From NCBI GenBank assembly GCA_028687915.1, contig JAQTZF010000001.1, positions 1,966 through 65,965 on the forward strand: a stretch of DNA of 64,000 nucleotides, given 5' to 3'. Below are positions 50,635 through 60,316 of the stretch, piece by piece. Source of the DNA: Candidatus Daviesbacteria bacterium (GTDB taxonomy: Bacteria > Patescibacteriota > Microgenomatia > Daviesbacterales > UBA10151). The notes under the pieces were generated by a model. The model searched no databases, was not told the origin of the DNA, and worked only from the letters and a program-made list of their open reading frames with translations. The position numbers and the translations under genes are program-made. Positions within the stretch are counted from its first letter, which is position 1; each line of letters opens with the position of its first letter.

Positions 50635-51201
50635 TTATAATCCTGTTTTCTCTACAACTTTATACAAGACAATTCCTAAAGAAACCATTACATTTAAAGA
50701 AACATTGACGCCTAACATAGGCAATTCTACTATTCCATCACATAAATCTAAAACTTCTTTAGAAACACCATCACTCTCATGCCCTACTACTAAAGCAATT
50801 GGGAGTGAATAATCATATTTATCATAAGGAACAGATTTCTCTGATTGTTCTACAGCAATTATTCTTATATCCTTATTCTTAAATCTTAAATCTTTTATAG
50901 CATCAGTGGTTTTTTCAAAATACTCCCACTCCACTATCTCCATAGTATTAATAGAAGCTTTTTTGATTCTATGATTGGGAGGTGTCTCACTACCTGCGCA
51001 AAGATAAATCTTTTTGGCGTTCACTGCATCAGCTAGTCTAAAAACACTACCTATATTATATGTATCTAATACATTATCCAAAATAATATAAATTTCATTC
51101 TTTTTGGCTTTTTTAAGAGTCTGATGGCTGATGGCTGACGGCTGATGGCTCCTCAATTGCTTTGCATTTAATTTCATCTGAGTATTATAAGCTAGAAACA
51201 A
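50635..51201 (-). CDS. SpoU/TrmH-family RNA 2'-O-methyltransferase (SPOUT)
   Basis: IILDNVLDTYNIGSVFRLADA, ALVVGHESDGVS and ELPMLGVNVSLNVMVSLGIVLY are typical SpoU motifs. The N-terminal region holds a GGCTGAT simple repeat. Confidence 0.75.
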   Translation of the reverse strand: MFLAYNTQMKLNAKQLRSHQPSAISHQTLKKAKKNEIYIILDNVLDTYNIGSVFRLADAVNAKKIYLCAGSETPPNHRIKKASINTMEIVEWEYFEKTTDAIKDLRFKNKDIRIIAVEQSEKSVPYDKYDYSLPIALVVGHESDGVSKEVLDLCDGIVELPMLGVNVSLNVMVSLGIVLYKVVEKTGL

Positions 51202-51443
51202 TCCTATTTCAAAATCACTATTTTTAAGCTTCTAAAAATTACCCCTTTATGGGATAGTTATGATATAATATTTTTTGTTCTTTGTAAGAAATTCTAAAGT
51301 ACAAGAATTTACGTAATTTTATATGAATATAAAACAAAATTTGGACGGATCCGTACCAAGCAAAACTAGAAACAGCATCCTACCACAGATACTGGCGCTA
51401 AATAACATTACAGGAAAATTACTTTTCAGTCAAGGAGGTAATT

Positions 51444-52682
51444 ATGGCTCGTACTGAAACCAAACCTTCTCATATTTCTTTAGCAGGTATTTTACATGAT
51501 GCCAGAGAAACTTCTGCACGAGGCCTCCGATATATACCAAGAATATCTTTAGTCGCAATTGTTGGTCTTGCCGGTTATTTTGCGATAACCAAACCTAATA
51601 ATCCAAACGTTCAGTTAAATGTACCCATAGGTGCATCGGATACCTTTAGCTCTTCTGATAAACATGGTACATCTTTGCTATCCTATATAGATTTAAGGAA
51701 TCCTGCTTCAACAGAACAATTATCAGCAGAACAGACCATGGGAATGCTACAAGCACTCCAGCAAAAAATTGATACAAGTACCAGCCAAAAAGCAAGCTGG
51801 ACAAATGCAGGAATTGTTTATCATGTTCAGCCAGGAGATACTCTTGACAATTTAGCCGCAAGATATGGAATCAGACAAGATCAAATTAAAGATATGTCAA
51901 ATATAACCGGGCAAAAGGCTACAGTAACAGGCAAGCTTTGGGAAGGTCAAGTGTTTCTGCTACCAACAAATAAAAAACCTGATTCCCCTTTTGATGAAAT
52001 ATATAGTAAGGCTGGATCTGATTTGGCTCAACTCAAAAGCAATCCCTCCTCTGACGTAACAAGCAGAATTGAAAGTTACTGGAATACAGCACCAAAAAGA
52101 GTTGAAAGAGCACCTGCACCACAAGTTATTGTTGATCCTGAAGCAATAGATGGAAACACTACTGCTCAAATAGTTACAGGACTAACCAGTAAATTACCAA
52201 AACTAGGTCAAGGAGTTGATAGAATTATTATTCAACCACAACGAAACCCTAACTCTGATAAAAATGATCCTGGTGCCTATATGAGTCAATCCGAAGGAAA
52301 AACAACCTTGTATTTTTCTATGGATCCAAATAAACCATTAAGCAAAGAACGCACATTATCCCTACTTGTAAATATGATAGCTTGCTCGGGAAGTATTTAT
52401 AATCCTAACTCATCTCAATTCTTTACACCAAAAGAACTTATTGCGTTAGAGTCACAAGATACTCAAATTTCTAACGAGACATATAAACTTTATCCTGGAA
52501 CAGTCAGAATTGCATCACACGAAACAGCACTTATTCAGGAAATTGTCAAAATGGCAACAGGAAAAAAAGACAGTCCTGCTAATTCCCAAGAAGCAGAAAT
52601 CAGTCGCCAAACAGATAACCTTATTAATGATTGGGCAAAGATATATCTAGGTGTAGATAACCTTGCAAATATTGCTAGATAA
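51444..52682 (+). CDS. Membrane-anchored LysM-domain protein (paralog 1, lacks HExxH)
   Basis: A TM helix, then the LysM motif YHVQPGDTLDNLAARYGIRQDQIKDMSNI. The C-terminal domain shares IVDPEA and DTQISNETY blocks with the downstream paralog. Confidence 0.6.
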   Translation: MARTETKPSHISLAGILHDARETSARGLRYIPRISLVAIVGLAGYFAITKPNNPNVQLNVPIGASDTFSSSDKHGTSLLSYIDLRNPASTEQLSAEQTMGMLQALQQKIDTSTSQKASWTNAGIVYHVQPGDTLDNLAARYGIRQDQIKDMSNITGQKATVTGKLWEGQVFLLPTNKKPDSPFDEIYSKAGSDLAQLKSNPSSDVTSRIESYWNTAPKRVERAPAPQVIVDPEAIDGNTTAQIVTGLTSKLPKLGQGVDRIIIQPQRNPNSDKNDPGAYMSQSEGKTTLYFSMDPNKPLSKERTLSLLVNMIACSGSIYNPNSSQFFTPKELIALESQDTQISNETYKLYPGTVRIASHETALIQEIVKMATGKKDSPANSQEAEISRQTDNLINDWAKIYLGVDNLANIAR

Positions 52683-52808
52683 TAAGTTCTCTATAAGCCT
52701 TGCTTATGTTAATTAAAAAAGATTTGGAATATCTATTGCCAAATCAAATAAAACTAAAGTCCAGGAGATCCTTACTAAAACACTTTTTAACTAAAGGAGG
52801 TATCCCTA

Positions 52809-54152
52809 ATGGCTCTTGAAGAACATATTGAAGAATCAGTCAATCACAGCCTTCCCTCTTCAAGAGAAGTGCTCAAAGAAATTACAGAAGCCAGCCGCGG
52901 AACACTAAAATGGGCAGCCAATCATTGGAGAGGCTTAGCCCTTGGTACTGCATTGGTAATCAGTAGTGGGATGGGTATAAGTAACGCTTCTGCCATTACA
53001 AAATATGTTTCTGAAAATACTCCTACTATTCAAACAACAGCTGAACAACCTTTAGCCAGCCCTTTATTCTCTAATAACCAATCTATTGAAAATATTTCAA
53101 ACAATCCCTTAAAAAAACAGCACGAGCGCTTAGAAACAGTTGTTTCTGTTGAACAAACATCTTTAATGTTACAAGACATAAATAATAAAGTTGAAGAGAT
53201 TTACAACATCAGAAGTAATTGGGAAAGTGGAAAATCATATACAGCAAAAAAAGGAGATACCTATGAATCTATTGCAGCAGCCAACAATACAACCATAGAT
53301 AAAATTTTACAAATAAATAAACGCCTTAGCCCAAAGTCACTTCCTGAAGGTGAAAGGTTTATTCTTCCTGTAAGCAATCTACCTGTACCATACTTAGGAA
53401 AGATTTTTGACCAAGCTAAAATTGATTTAAATGAATTAGAAAAAATAAGGAATGAAAAAGGTGCAAGCTCACAAGAAGCAAAAGATATGGCTCAACGTAT
53501 TTACCACCAATGGAACACCTCTCCAGCAGAATCAACTCCAAACACACCTCCTAAAATCATTATTGACCCAGAGGCTAAAAATAGTGAATTTATCGCTCAA
53601 CAAATTCAAAAGTCTATTGATCTGATGCCCGGCTGGGGACGCGTAGTTAATCAATATATTATCGTTCCCCGTAGCGTCATGCCTGATTTCTTTGCACCCA
53701 TGGGCACTGTTATATTTCCAGACAAAGGCGCTGATGTTTATGTTTTTGATATGCCAAGTAAGCCTGACAGAAACGGTAAATTAGAGCCTTGGACTGAAAG
53801 GTGGTTACAGGTAGATCTTTTACACGAAAATATGCATGCTGCCAGTATATATGAAGAGTTTTCTTCTCGTTTATTTTCTCCAATAAAGTTAGTAGAGCTA
53901 ACCCTTAAGGACACACAAATCTCTAACATGAGTTATCTTGTTCACCCTCAAACATCCAGGATAAGCGAACGCGATGAAGCTGCTGCTTGGGAAGGTGTAA
54001 AATTATTTACAGTCAGACCTGAAACAACTCAACTTCCACCTGATATGGCGCTTGAAAAAGATGAATTAGATTTTGCAAAAGAAAACCTAACACCAATATT
54101 AGGACCTGATTTTGATTATATTCAAGCAAGTCAAAAATTAGGTATTCAATAA
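52809..54152 (+). CDS. Membrane-anchored LysM-domain protein with an HExxH motif (putative Zn metallopeptidase; paralog 2)
   Basis: A TM helix, then LysM YTAKKGDTYESIAAANNTTIDKILQINK. The C-terminal domain has VDLLHENMHAASIYEE (HExxH). Confidence 0.55.
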   Translation: MALEEHIEESVNHSLPSSREVLKEITEASRGTLKWAANHWRGLALGTALVISSGMGISNASAITKYVSENTPTIQTTAEQPLASPLFSNNQSIENISNNPLKKQHERLETVVSVEQTSLMLQDINNKVEEIYNIRSNWESGKSYTAKKGDTYESIAAANNTTIDKILQINKRLSPKSLPEGERFILPVSNLPVPYLGKIFDQAKIDLNELEKIRNEKGASSQEAKDMAQRIYHQWNTSPAESTPNTPPKIIIDPEAKNSEFIAQQIQKSIDLMPGWGRVVNQYIIVPRSVMPDFFAPMGTVIFPDKGADVYVFDMPSKPDRNGKLEPWTERWLQVDLLHENMHAASIYEEFSSRLFSPIKLVELTLKDTQISNMSYLVHPQTSRISERDEAAAWEGVKLFTVRPETTQLPPDMALEKDELDFAKENLTPILGPDFDYIQASQKLGIQ

Positions 54153-54217
54153 ACCCCCTTTATAAGTTAGTTGCATTTTATGTTTAAATATAGGTATAGT
54201 TGAAGTAAGGCAAATGT

Positions 54218-55234
54218 ATGAGTCTTCACAAAAAAATCAAAGCTCATTTAGCAAAAAAACATAAACACCATATGGAAGAAAGCTCACAACCCCCTATTTT
54301 AGAAACCAGTATTAGAAAAAAAGGTAATTTTGATATAAATTTAATTACTCAAAAACTCAAAAATCCATTAATTTTAGTTCCTTTAGTTATACTAATCCTT
54401 TCAATTTTAATTGCTGGGTTTTTATATTTTAATAAACAAAATCTCACTCTTCCCTCTCTTAATACTATTGATTTAACAAAAGGTAAAATTACTGATCTAC
54501 AAGATAATTTAGGATTCTATATTGAACAAGCTCCAGAGGTTTGTGATCAAAATAATTTAACTAAAACTTTTAAATCTTTTGTAGTACCTGGAGAAACCGG
54601 AAAACCTACTAAAAGCGGAGCACATTCTGTTTATGGGGAAACTACCTGGAATTACATGCTACAAGGTGAAATATCTAAAATTGAAACCATGCCAACTGGA
54701 ATTAAATATACTTTAATAAGTGGAGAAGATACCTTAATCACCCAAAGCACAAATAATACCGTTGCCTGGAAACCAGAGCCTGTAAAAGTTGACGTTTCAT
54801 CATTTGCACTAAAAGATAAAGTGCGTCTCTACTATTTGGTTAAATGCGGAGAAAACAAACCTCCCCTCCTTTTTCTAGAATATATCCAAAAAACAGCCAC
54901 AACTACTGCTAAACAACCTGCCATTGCCACAAGCTCTGGTGGATTAAAAACCAGGAGTAATAATTGGCAGGGTTTTAGAGGTACAGTAAAGGAAAAGGGA
55001 GCAAATTCCTTAACTTTAGTTAGTGAAGGACAAACAATGAAAATTGAAATCGGAAGTAATGTGCATTTACGGATTATTAATGAATCTGAATTAAAGAAAA
55101 ATCCAGAACTTTATTTAAAACAACCACCTCAGGAAGCTTCAATTTCCGGAGTAAAAATTGGTGAAACAGTTGACGCTACAGGAGAGATTGATGGTACAAC
55201 ATTTAAAGCTAAATCAGTTATTATTATTAGGTAA
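54218..55234 (+). CDS. Membrane-anchored hypothetical protein
   Basis: 338 aa with a single N-terminal TM (LILVPLVILILSILIAGFLYF). No motif recognised. Confidence 0.5.
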   Translation: MSLHKKIKAHLAKKHKHHMEESSQPPILETSIRKKGNFDINLITQKLKNPLILVPLVILILSILIAGFLYFNKQNLTLPSLNTIDLTKGKITDLQDNLGFYIEQAPEVCDQNNLTKTFKSFVVPGETGKPTKSGAHSVYGETTWNYMLQGEISKIETMPTGIKYTLISGEDTLITQSTNNTVAWKPEPVKVDVSSFALKDKVRLYYLVKCGENKPPLLFLEYIQKTATTTAKQPAIATSSGGLKTRSNNWQGFRGTVKEKGANSLTLVSEGQTMKIEIGSNVHLRIINESELKKNPELYLKQPPQEASISGVKIGETVDATGEIDGTTFKAKSVIIIR

Positions 55235-55238
55235 AACT

Positions 55239-56918
55239 ATGAATATAAAAATAAAAATCATAATCATATTTATAGCTTTTTTTACTTTTCAGTTTCTTGT
55301 TTTTGCTCCTAAACCAGCTTTAGCCTGCAGTGCTGGATGCAGTGGTTGTGCTCCATCAGGATATCCAGGAGATGCTTGCGGATCAGGATCTGCGTGGTGT
55401 ACCGATGGCACAGAAAATGAATACGGTTCTTGTAATGGTTGGTCTGAATCTTGTTGTAGTTATGGCGGAGCTGCTTCAGCTGGAAATAATGTAGGAGGTT
55501 ATTTGAGAAATGCTGCTACTAATCAACTGTTGAACGGAAGAGAAATTGACTGGGTAGATAAACTAGGCAATATTCGTAAACGCTGGACAGGTCCACCAAG
55601 TTTCCCAGACGGAGGATACTGGTTTGCAGACTGGCTAAGTATTAGTGGTACTAAGCGCACTGAAGAATATGGTAGTTATCCATTAGCACCATGGGTATCC
55701 AACACCTATCAATATGAAGCCTTTAGCGGAGCTCAAAACCCCCATACCATGACTGCAGTCCGTCCTAGTGGATGGTATGGATACATGCTTCCTGTTAACT
55801 TTGATGTAGTTGCTAGTCCTCCGGATCCAGTTCTTGTAGATTTATGGTATAAACCACCTCCTACTGCTCACTTCATTACCGGTAATAATATTAGCACTCT
55901 GGTAAATACCCAGCTAAACTTTAATACCTATATACAAGATGATGGTAGTGGTATTAGAGGTGCTCAGATATTTGTTGCCAAAACAAACGGTGGTACTAAT
56001 GTAACATCCTGGGGGCCAACGACATCAACTCCTTGTTCTGGAGGCGTTGATGGAAGTGGACGATGGTGTCTATTAGCACAAAGTCCTGCATACAACCCCG
56101 CCGTAAACCCTCTAAATTTCCCTGCTTCATGGATCCCAACTGTCACCGGAACTTATGTTGTAGCAGTTAATGCATATAATCCCAATCCCAGTGGTATGTG
56201 TTCAGGGAACCCTGTTGATACAGGCTTTGCCAGATGTGATGCTTCTGGAAACGATATAGTCACTGTTACTGTTTCATATCCTGGCTATGTTGCCTGTCCT
56301 ACTGCCTGTGGTAGTGCAGCCAGCAATCAACCAGATGGTGCTGGTGGTACTCACTATTGTGCAGCAGTTACTCCTCCTGCCTATGTTGCCTGTCCTACTG
56401 CCTGTGGTAGTGCAGCCAGCAATCAACCAGATGGTGCCTGTGGTACTCATTATTGTGCAGCCCCAGCTGCTTGTCCTACTCCACCCCCTCCTACTATTGT
56501 GATTCCAACACCTACTACACCACCTACACCAACTACTACCCCTGTTCCCACATTTTGTATTACAAATTCATATCTGGGAAGTGGGTTTGGTATCTCCTGG
56601 ACTAATCCTGCAGGTTTCCCTGTTACTTTTGTTGATATCAGCTCCAACAGCAGCTTTTCATCCTATTACAATAAGGCTGTTAGCGGTACATCAACCACTG
56701 GTCCTAATGGTTTTTGTCGGGCACCATATACCGGTACTTGTGATAGCACCAAAAACCCTTTAAGTATTTTACCAAATGTTACTTATTATGTGAGACTATA
56801 TAATGGGGTTGCTTCTAATGGTGGTCATGGTCCCTCCACCTCTTTTGGACCTATCCCCAGCTGCCCAAGAGCACCATTCTTAAAAACCAGTGGTGGAGAT
56901 GTTCATTTAAATCAGTAA
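55239..56918 (+). CDS. Secreted Cys-rich protein with an internal perfect tandem repeat
   Basis: Signal peptide MNIKIKIIIIFIAFFTFQFLVFAPKPALA. The start at 55239 avoids overlap with the upstream gene. The ORF frame opens at 55158. YVACPTACGSAASNQPDG(A/C)GGTHYCAA is duplicated. PTPTTPPTPTTTP linker. Confidence 0.6.
   Translation: MNIKIKIIIIFIAFFTFQFLVFAPKPALACSAGCSGCAPSGYPGDACGSGSAWCTDGTENEYGSCNGWSESCCSYGGAASAGNNVGGYLRNAATNQLLNGREIDWVDKLGNIRKRWTGPPSFPDGGYWFADWLSISGTKRTEEYGSYPLAPWVSNTYQYEAFSGAQNPHTMTAVRPSGWYGYMLPVNFDVVASPPDPVLVDLWYKPPPTAHFITGNNISTLVNTQLNFNTYIQDDGSGIRGAQIFVAKTNGGTNVTSWGPTTSTPCSGGVDGSGRWCLLAQSPAYNPAVNPLNFPASWIPTVTGTYVVAVNAYNPNPSGMCSGNPVDTGFARCDASGNDIVTVTVSYPGYVACPTACGSAASNQPDGAGGTHYCAAVTPPAYVACPTACGSAASNQPDGACGTHYCAAPAACPTPPPPTIVIPTPTTPPTPTTTPVPTFCITNSYLGSGFGISWTNPAGFPVTFVDISSNSSFSSYYNKAVSGTSTTGPNGFCRAPYTGTCDSTKNPLSILPNVTYYVRLYNGVASNGGHGPSTSFGPIPSCPRAPFLKTSGGDVHLNQ
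56287..56472 (+). repeat. Two ~93-nt near-identical tandem units (in-frame duplication)
   Basis: TATGTTGCCTGTCCTACTGCCTGTGGTAGTGCAGCCAGCAATCAACCAGATGGTGC... occurs twice consecutively, with only ~3 differences. Confidence 0.85.
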
Positions 56919-56937
56919 GGATTAAGTTTACAAAAGA

Positions 56938-57930
56938 TTATTTCTTTTTAAGAGGTTCCCACCAAGCTTGATTATTTTTATACCATTCAACTGTTTTTTC
57001 CAGCCATTCTTTAAATTCATGCTGTGGTTTCCAGCCTAACTCATTTTTAATTTTGCTCCAATCAACAACATATTTAAAATCATGACCTTTTCTGTCTGTG
57101 ACAAATTCAATTGATTGCTCAGGGTCTTTACCCATGATACGACATATTTCCTGGGCTACCTGCAGATTTGTCCACTCTTCTGATTCCATACCACCAACAC
57201 AATAAGTTTCCCCTATCTTCCCCTTTAATAAAACTGCTTCGATTGCCCGGCAGTGATCTTCTACATAAAGCCAATCCCTTGATTGTTTACCCTGACCATA
57301 AACAGGGATTTTTTTATCAGTCATTAAATTAGTAATAGCCAAAGGAATCAATTTTTCCGGGAAATGGTAAGGGCCATAATTATTGGAACAATTTGTAATA
57401 GTAATTGGCAAATCATAAGTGACACTGTATGCCCGAACCAAATGATCTGACCCGGCCTTTGAAGCAGCATATGGACTACGGGGTGAATATGCAGTTTCCT
57501 CATTAAATTTCCGTGTTTCCATCTCCCCAATTGCCCCAAACACCTCATCTGTTGAAACATGATGAAATCTTTTAACATTATTATTTAAAGAAGCATCAAG
57601 TAATACTTGTGTCCCCATTACATTGGTTTTTATAAAAATTGCTGGTTCTAAAATTGAGCGGTCAACATGAGATTCAGCAGCAAAATGAACAACAGTATCA
57701 AATTTTTCCTCTCTAAATAGATTATCAACAAAGGGTGCATCCACAATATCACCTTTAACAAATTTAAAATTTTCTTGACCCTCTAAATCTTTTAAAGATT
57801 CTAAATTACCAGCGTAGGTGAGTTTATCTAAAACAACAATTAAATCTTCAGGATGAGATTTATTCCAGTAGTGAACAAAGTTAGATCCGATAAAACCAGC
57901 TCCACCTGTTACAAGAATTTTCATCTTCAT
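56938..57930 (-). CDS. rfbB: dTDP-glucose 4,6-dehydratase
   Basis: MKILVTGGAGFIGSNFV (Rossmann GxxGxxG), YAASKAGSDHLVRAY (YxxxK catalytic), 330 aa. Confidence 0.9.
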   Translation of the reverse strand: MKMKILVTGGAGFIGSNFVHYWNKSHPEDLIVVLDKLTYAGNLESLKDLEGQENFKFVKGDIVDAPFVDNLFREEKFDTVVHFAAESHVDRSILEPAIFIKTNVMGTQVLLDASLNNNVKRFHHVSTDEVFGAIGEMETRKFNEETAYSPRSPYAASKAGSDHLVRAYSVTYDLPITITNCSNNYGPYHFPEKLIPLAITNLMTDKKIPVYGQGKQSRDWLYVEDHCRAIEAVLLKGKIGETYCVGGMESEEWTNLQVAQEICRIMGKDPEQSIEFVTDRKGHDFKYVVDWSKIKNELGWKPQHEFKEWLEKTVEWYKNNQAWWEPLKKK

Positions 57931-58058
57931 TATTCTATACCTAAAATACTAAAATTTACAACTTTTTGATTGAATTGGCTTACCTCACTATGCTACATTT
58001 AAATGAAGTATAAGCAAAGCTTGAAAATAAGTTTTCAGCTGCGCTTTCAAACTTATTT

Positions 58059-58430
58059 ATGAAACAACGCTTATCTTTAGGAGTTAGAATTTTTGGCTTG
58101 TTATTAATATTACCCCTACTTGGTATTGCTTTCTCTCCCCCACTAAAAACCAATGCAGCTTGCGTTAGTCCAACAGATTCTCCAATCCGTGTTAATGATG
58201 GATTAGTTTCTGCTATAGATGTTGGAAACATTTCTCCTTTAACTAATGTTAATTGTGTAAGCGGAGGTTCTGCATCAATTCCTCAATTTTCTCTCCCAAC
58301 TTATGATTCTATGATGCGGGATTATTTTGATCAGGCAAAAAGCTCCTATAATAAAATTACTGTTTCTGGCCCTGCTGTTCAGGATTCAACAGACGCTAAT
58401 CCAGATCCTATAAATCTGGTTTCTTTCTAA
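58059..58430 (+). CDS. Small secreted hypothetical protein
   Basis: 123 aa with a signal peptide (LLLILPLLGIAFSPPLKTNAA). Confidence 0.4.
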   Translation: MKQRLSLGVRIFGLLLILPLLGIAFSPPLKTNAACVSPTDSPIRVNDGLVSAIDVGNISPLTNVNCVSGGSASIPQFSLPTYDSMMRDYFDQAKSSYNKITVSGPAVQDSTDANPDPINLVSF

Positions 58431-58495
58431 ATTAGTATATTTTTTTTAAATAAAATTTGTTTGACATTTACCCTAAATTATGTCTACATTAAATT

Positions 58496-60301
58496 ATGCG
58501 AAGTTTTATTTCCAAATTAACTTATAAAGCAGGTATTTTACTTATAGCTTTAGCTATTGTTGTTATTAGTTCTTCTTTCATTGAAAAACAATTTAATATC
58601 TCTCCTAAATTAAGTAAATTGATTGGTGATGTTGCAGGAGCTATTTTTGTCTCAGGAAAATTTTTAACCCCTACTATTACAAGTGCTCAGGTTACTTCTC
58701 CTTATCAACAAGTAGATGGAATTGTAACAATAACAGGCAATGTAGGTATTGGAATAACAAATCCTGGCTCTAAATTAGATGTTATCGGAGATATTACGGT
58801 TGGAGCAGCCGGCAGCAGAGACTTGTCCTCAGGACGTTTAAAATTAAACAATAGTTATGTAAATAGTTGGGGAAATTCCATCATAGACGGACGAGTTTGG
58901 TCAGCTAATTCTAATATTCACCTTTCTCCTCCTAATGGAAACAGTGTTATCATTAACAGCGACTACCGTGATGCCGGAGGTGCAGTCGGAGGAACAGCAG
59001 GACTAATTGTTTCAGGCACAGTTACAGCCCCAACTTTTTCAGGTAATGCTACTACAGCAACTTCATTAGCAGGAACCGGTAAAACAAATAAGGAATCAAG
59101 ATTATGGAGATCAGATAATGAGGATAGTTACCATTATTATATAAGACATTATTGGACTGGCAGTACAAACGGCTGGAGAATTACCGCAAATAATGATATT
59201 GGAGACGAACAAGCTAATATACACAGGGTAAGTGTTGATCAAGCAGATAATGCGGATTCCGTTGATGGAGTACATCTGAATCAATGGGTGAATACAGATT
59301 CTTCCCCTACTTTTCAAGGGATGACAGCTAACCGCCAGATAGCTTTTGAATACTCAAATAGAGGTGTTGGCAGTTATTTTGTGTTTGGAAACGGTGAATT
59401 AGCTGACGGATGGGCCAGACTTACAAACTGGGGTGATTATCATAATGGCTATCATAACCTAGCTGTTGGTCAAATTTATTACAATGGCTCTGGCCCGCGC
59501 GCTGACCTTGCTGAAGTTATCCCTGTTGATCAAACAGAAAAATTAAAGATAGGAGAATTGGTATCTACTGATCCTTTAGCCAGTGTTAGACTTCATAGAA
59601 CAAGAGGAAAAAATGATTCAACATTAGTCGGAATTGTATCAAATTTAACAACAGCTGCTATGGTCATTGGAGGAGATACACAACCACAAGATATATCTAA
59701 AATAGAGGATAAAAAACCAATTGCTCTGGTTGGAAGAGTTATAACCATTGTTAATTTAGATGGAGGAGTAATTAGCACCGGAGATACCATCACTTCCTCC
59801 TCTATCCCTGGAACTGGTATGAAACAGACTAGGGCTGGAGAATTTATTTCCAAGGCCATGGAATCTTATGATGGGTCAATGGTTAATAGCACTGGTGTGC
59901 AGCAAATTATCAACCACCTCAAAACTGAAATTGGAAAACAAGCAGAAAACGACAAAATTGATTACCAACTCGCTATCAACGACCTAACTTCTCCTTTACC
60001 TGCAGGATCAGGTAGAATTATTACCTTTGTTGATGGTGGTTTTTATGATCCTGATTTGTATTTGGCAAATAGTGAACAACTAAAGATAGTTGATAACCAT
60101 GGAAATTTCGATGTACAAAATAATGGTTCTATTATTGATAAGATTGGTGCCTTTACCCAACTTGTAGTCGGAAAAATTCAAGCTGGAATTATTGAAACCA
60201 AACAATTAATTGTTAATGGAGTAAATATATTAGATAGACTTGATTCCCAACAAAAAGAAATTGATGCTCTAAAAGCAGAAATCGAGAACCTAAAGAAGTA
60301 A
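58496..60301 (+). CDS. Membrane-anchored protein with a tail-fibre-like repeat motif and a C-terminal coiled coil
   Basis: 601 aa. N-terminal TM. GNVGIGITNPGSKLDVIGDI resembles the GNVGIG(T)T.P..KL.V motif of phage tail-fibre and endosialidase-chaperone-type proteins. C-terminal LDRLDSQQKEIDALKAEIENLKK coiled coil. Confidence 0.45.
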   Translation: MRSFISKLTYKAGILLIALAIVVISSSFIEKQFNISPKLSKLIGDVAGAIFVSGKFLTPTITSAQVTSPYQQVDGIVTITGNVGIGITNPGSKLDVIGDITVGAAGSRDLSSGRLKLNNSYVNSWGNSIIDGRVWSANSNIHLSPPNGNSVIINSDYRDAGGAVGGTAGLIVSGTVTAPTFSGNATTATSLAGTGKTNKESRLWRSDNEDSYHYYIRHYWTGSTNGWRITANNDIGDEQANIHRVSVDQADNADSVDGVHLNQWVNTDSSPTFQGMTANRQIAFEYSNRGVGSYFVFGNGELADGWARLTNWGDYHNGYHNLAVGQIYYNGSGPRADLAEVIPVDQTEKLKIGELVSTDPLASVRLHRTRGKNDSTLVGIVSNLTTAAMVIGGDTQPQDISKIEDKKPIALVGRVITIVNLDGGVISTGDTITSSSIPGTGMKQTRAGEFISKAMESYDGSMVNSTGVQQIINHLKTEIGKQAENDKIDYQLAINDLTSPLPAGSGRIITFVDGGFYDPDLYLANSEQLKIVDNHGNFDVQNNGSIIDKIGAFTQLVVGKIQAGIIETKQLIVNGVNILDRLDSQQKEIDALKAEIENLKK

Positions 60302-60316
60302 TTTACCATTTTAAAT

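Noticed and set aside
51110-51150. GGCTGAT x ~4.5 simple tandem repeat
   Set aside because: It is too short and too regular for CRISPR. It lies inside the SpoU gene N-terminus encoding HQPSAISHQ, so it is a simple low-complexity coding repeat.
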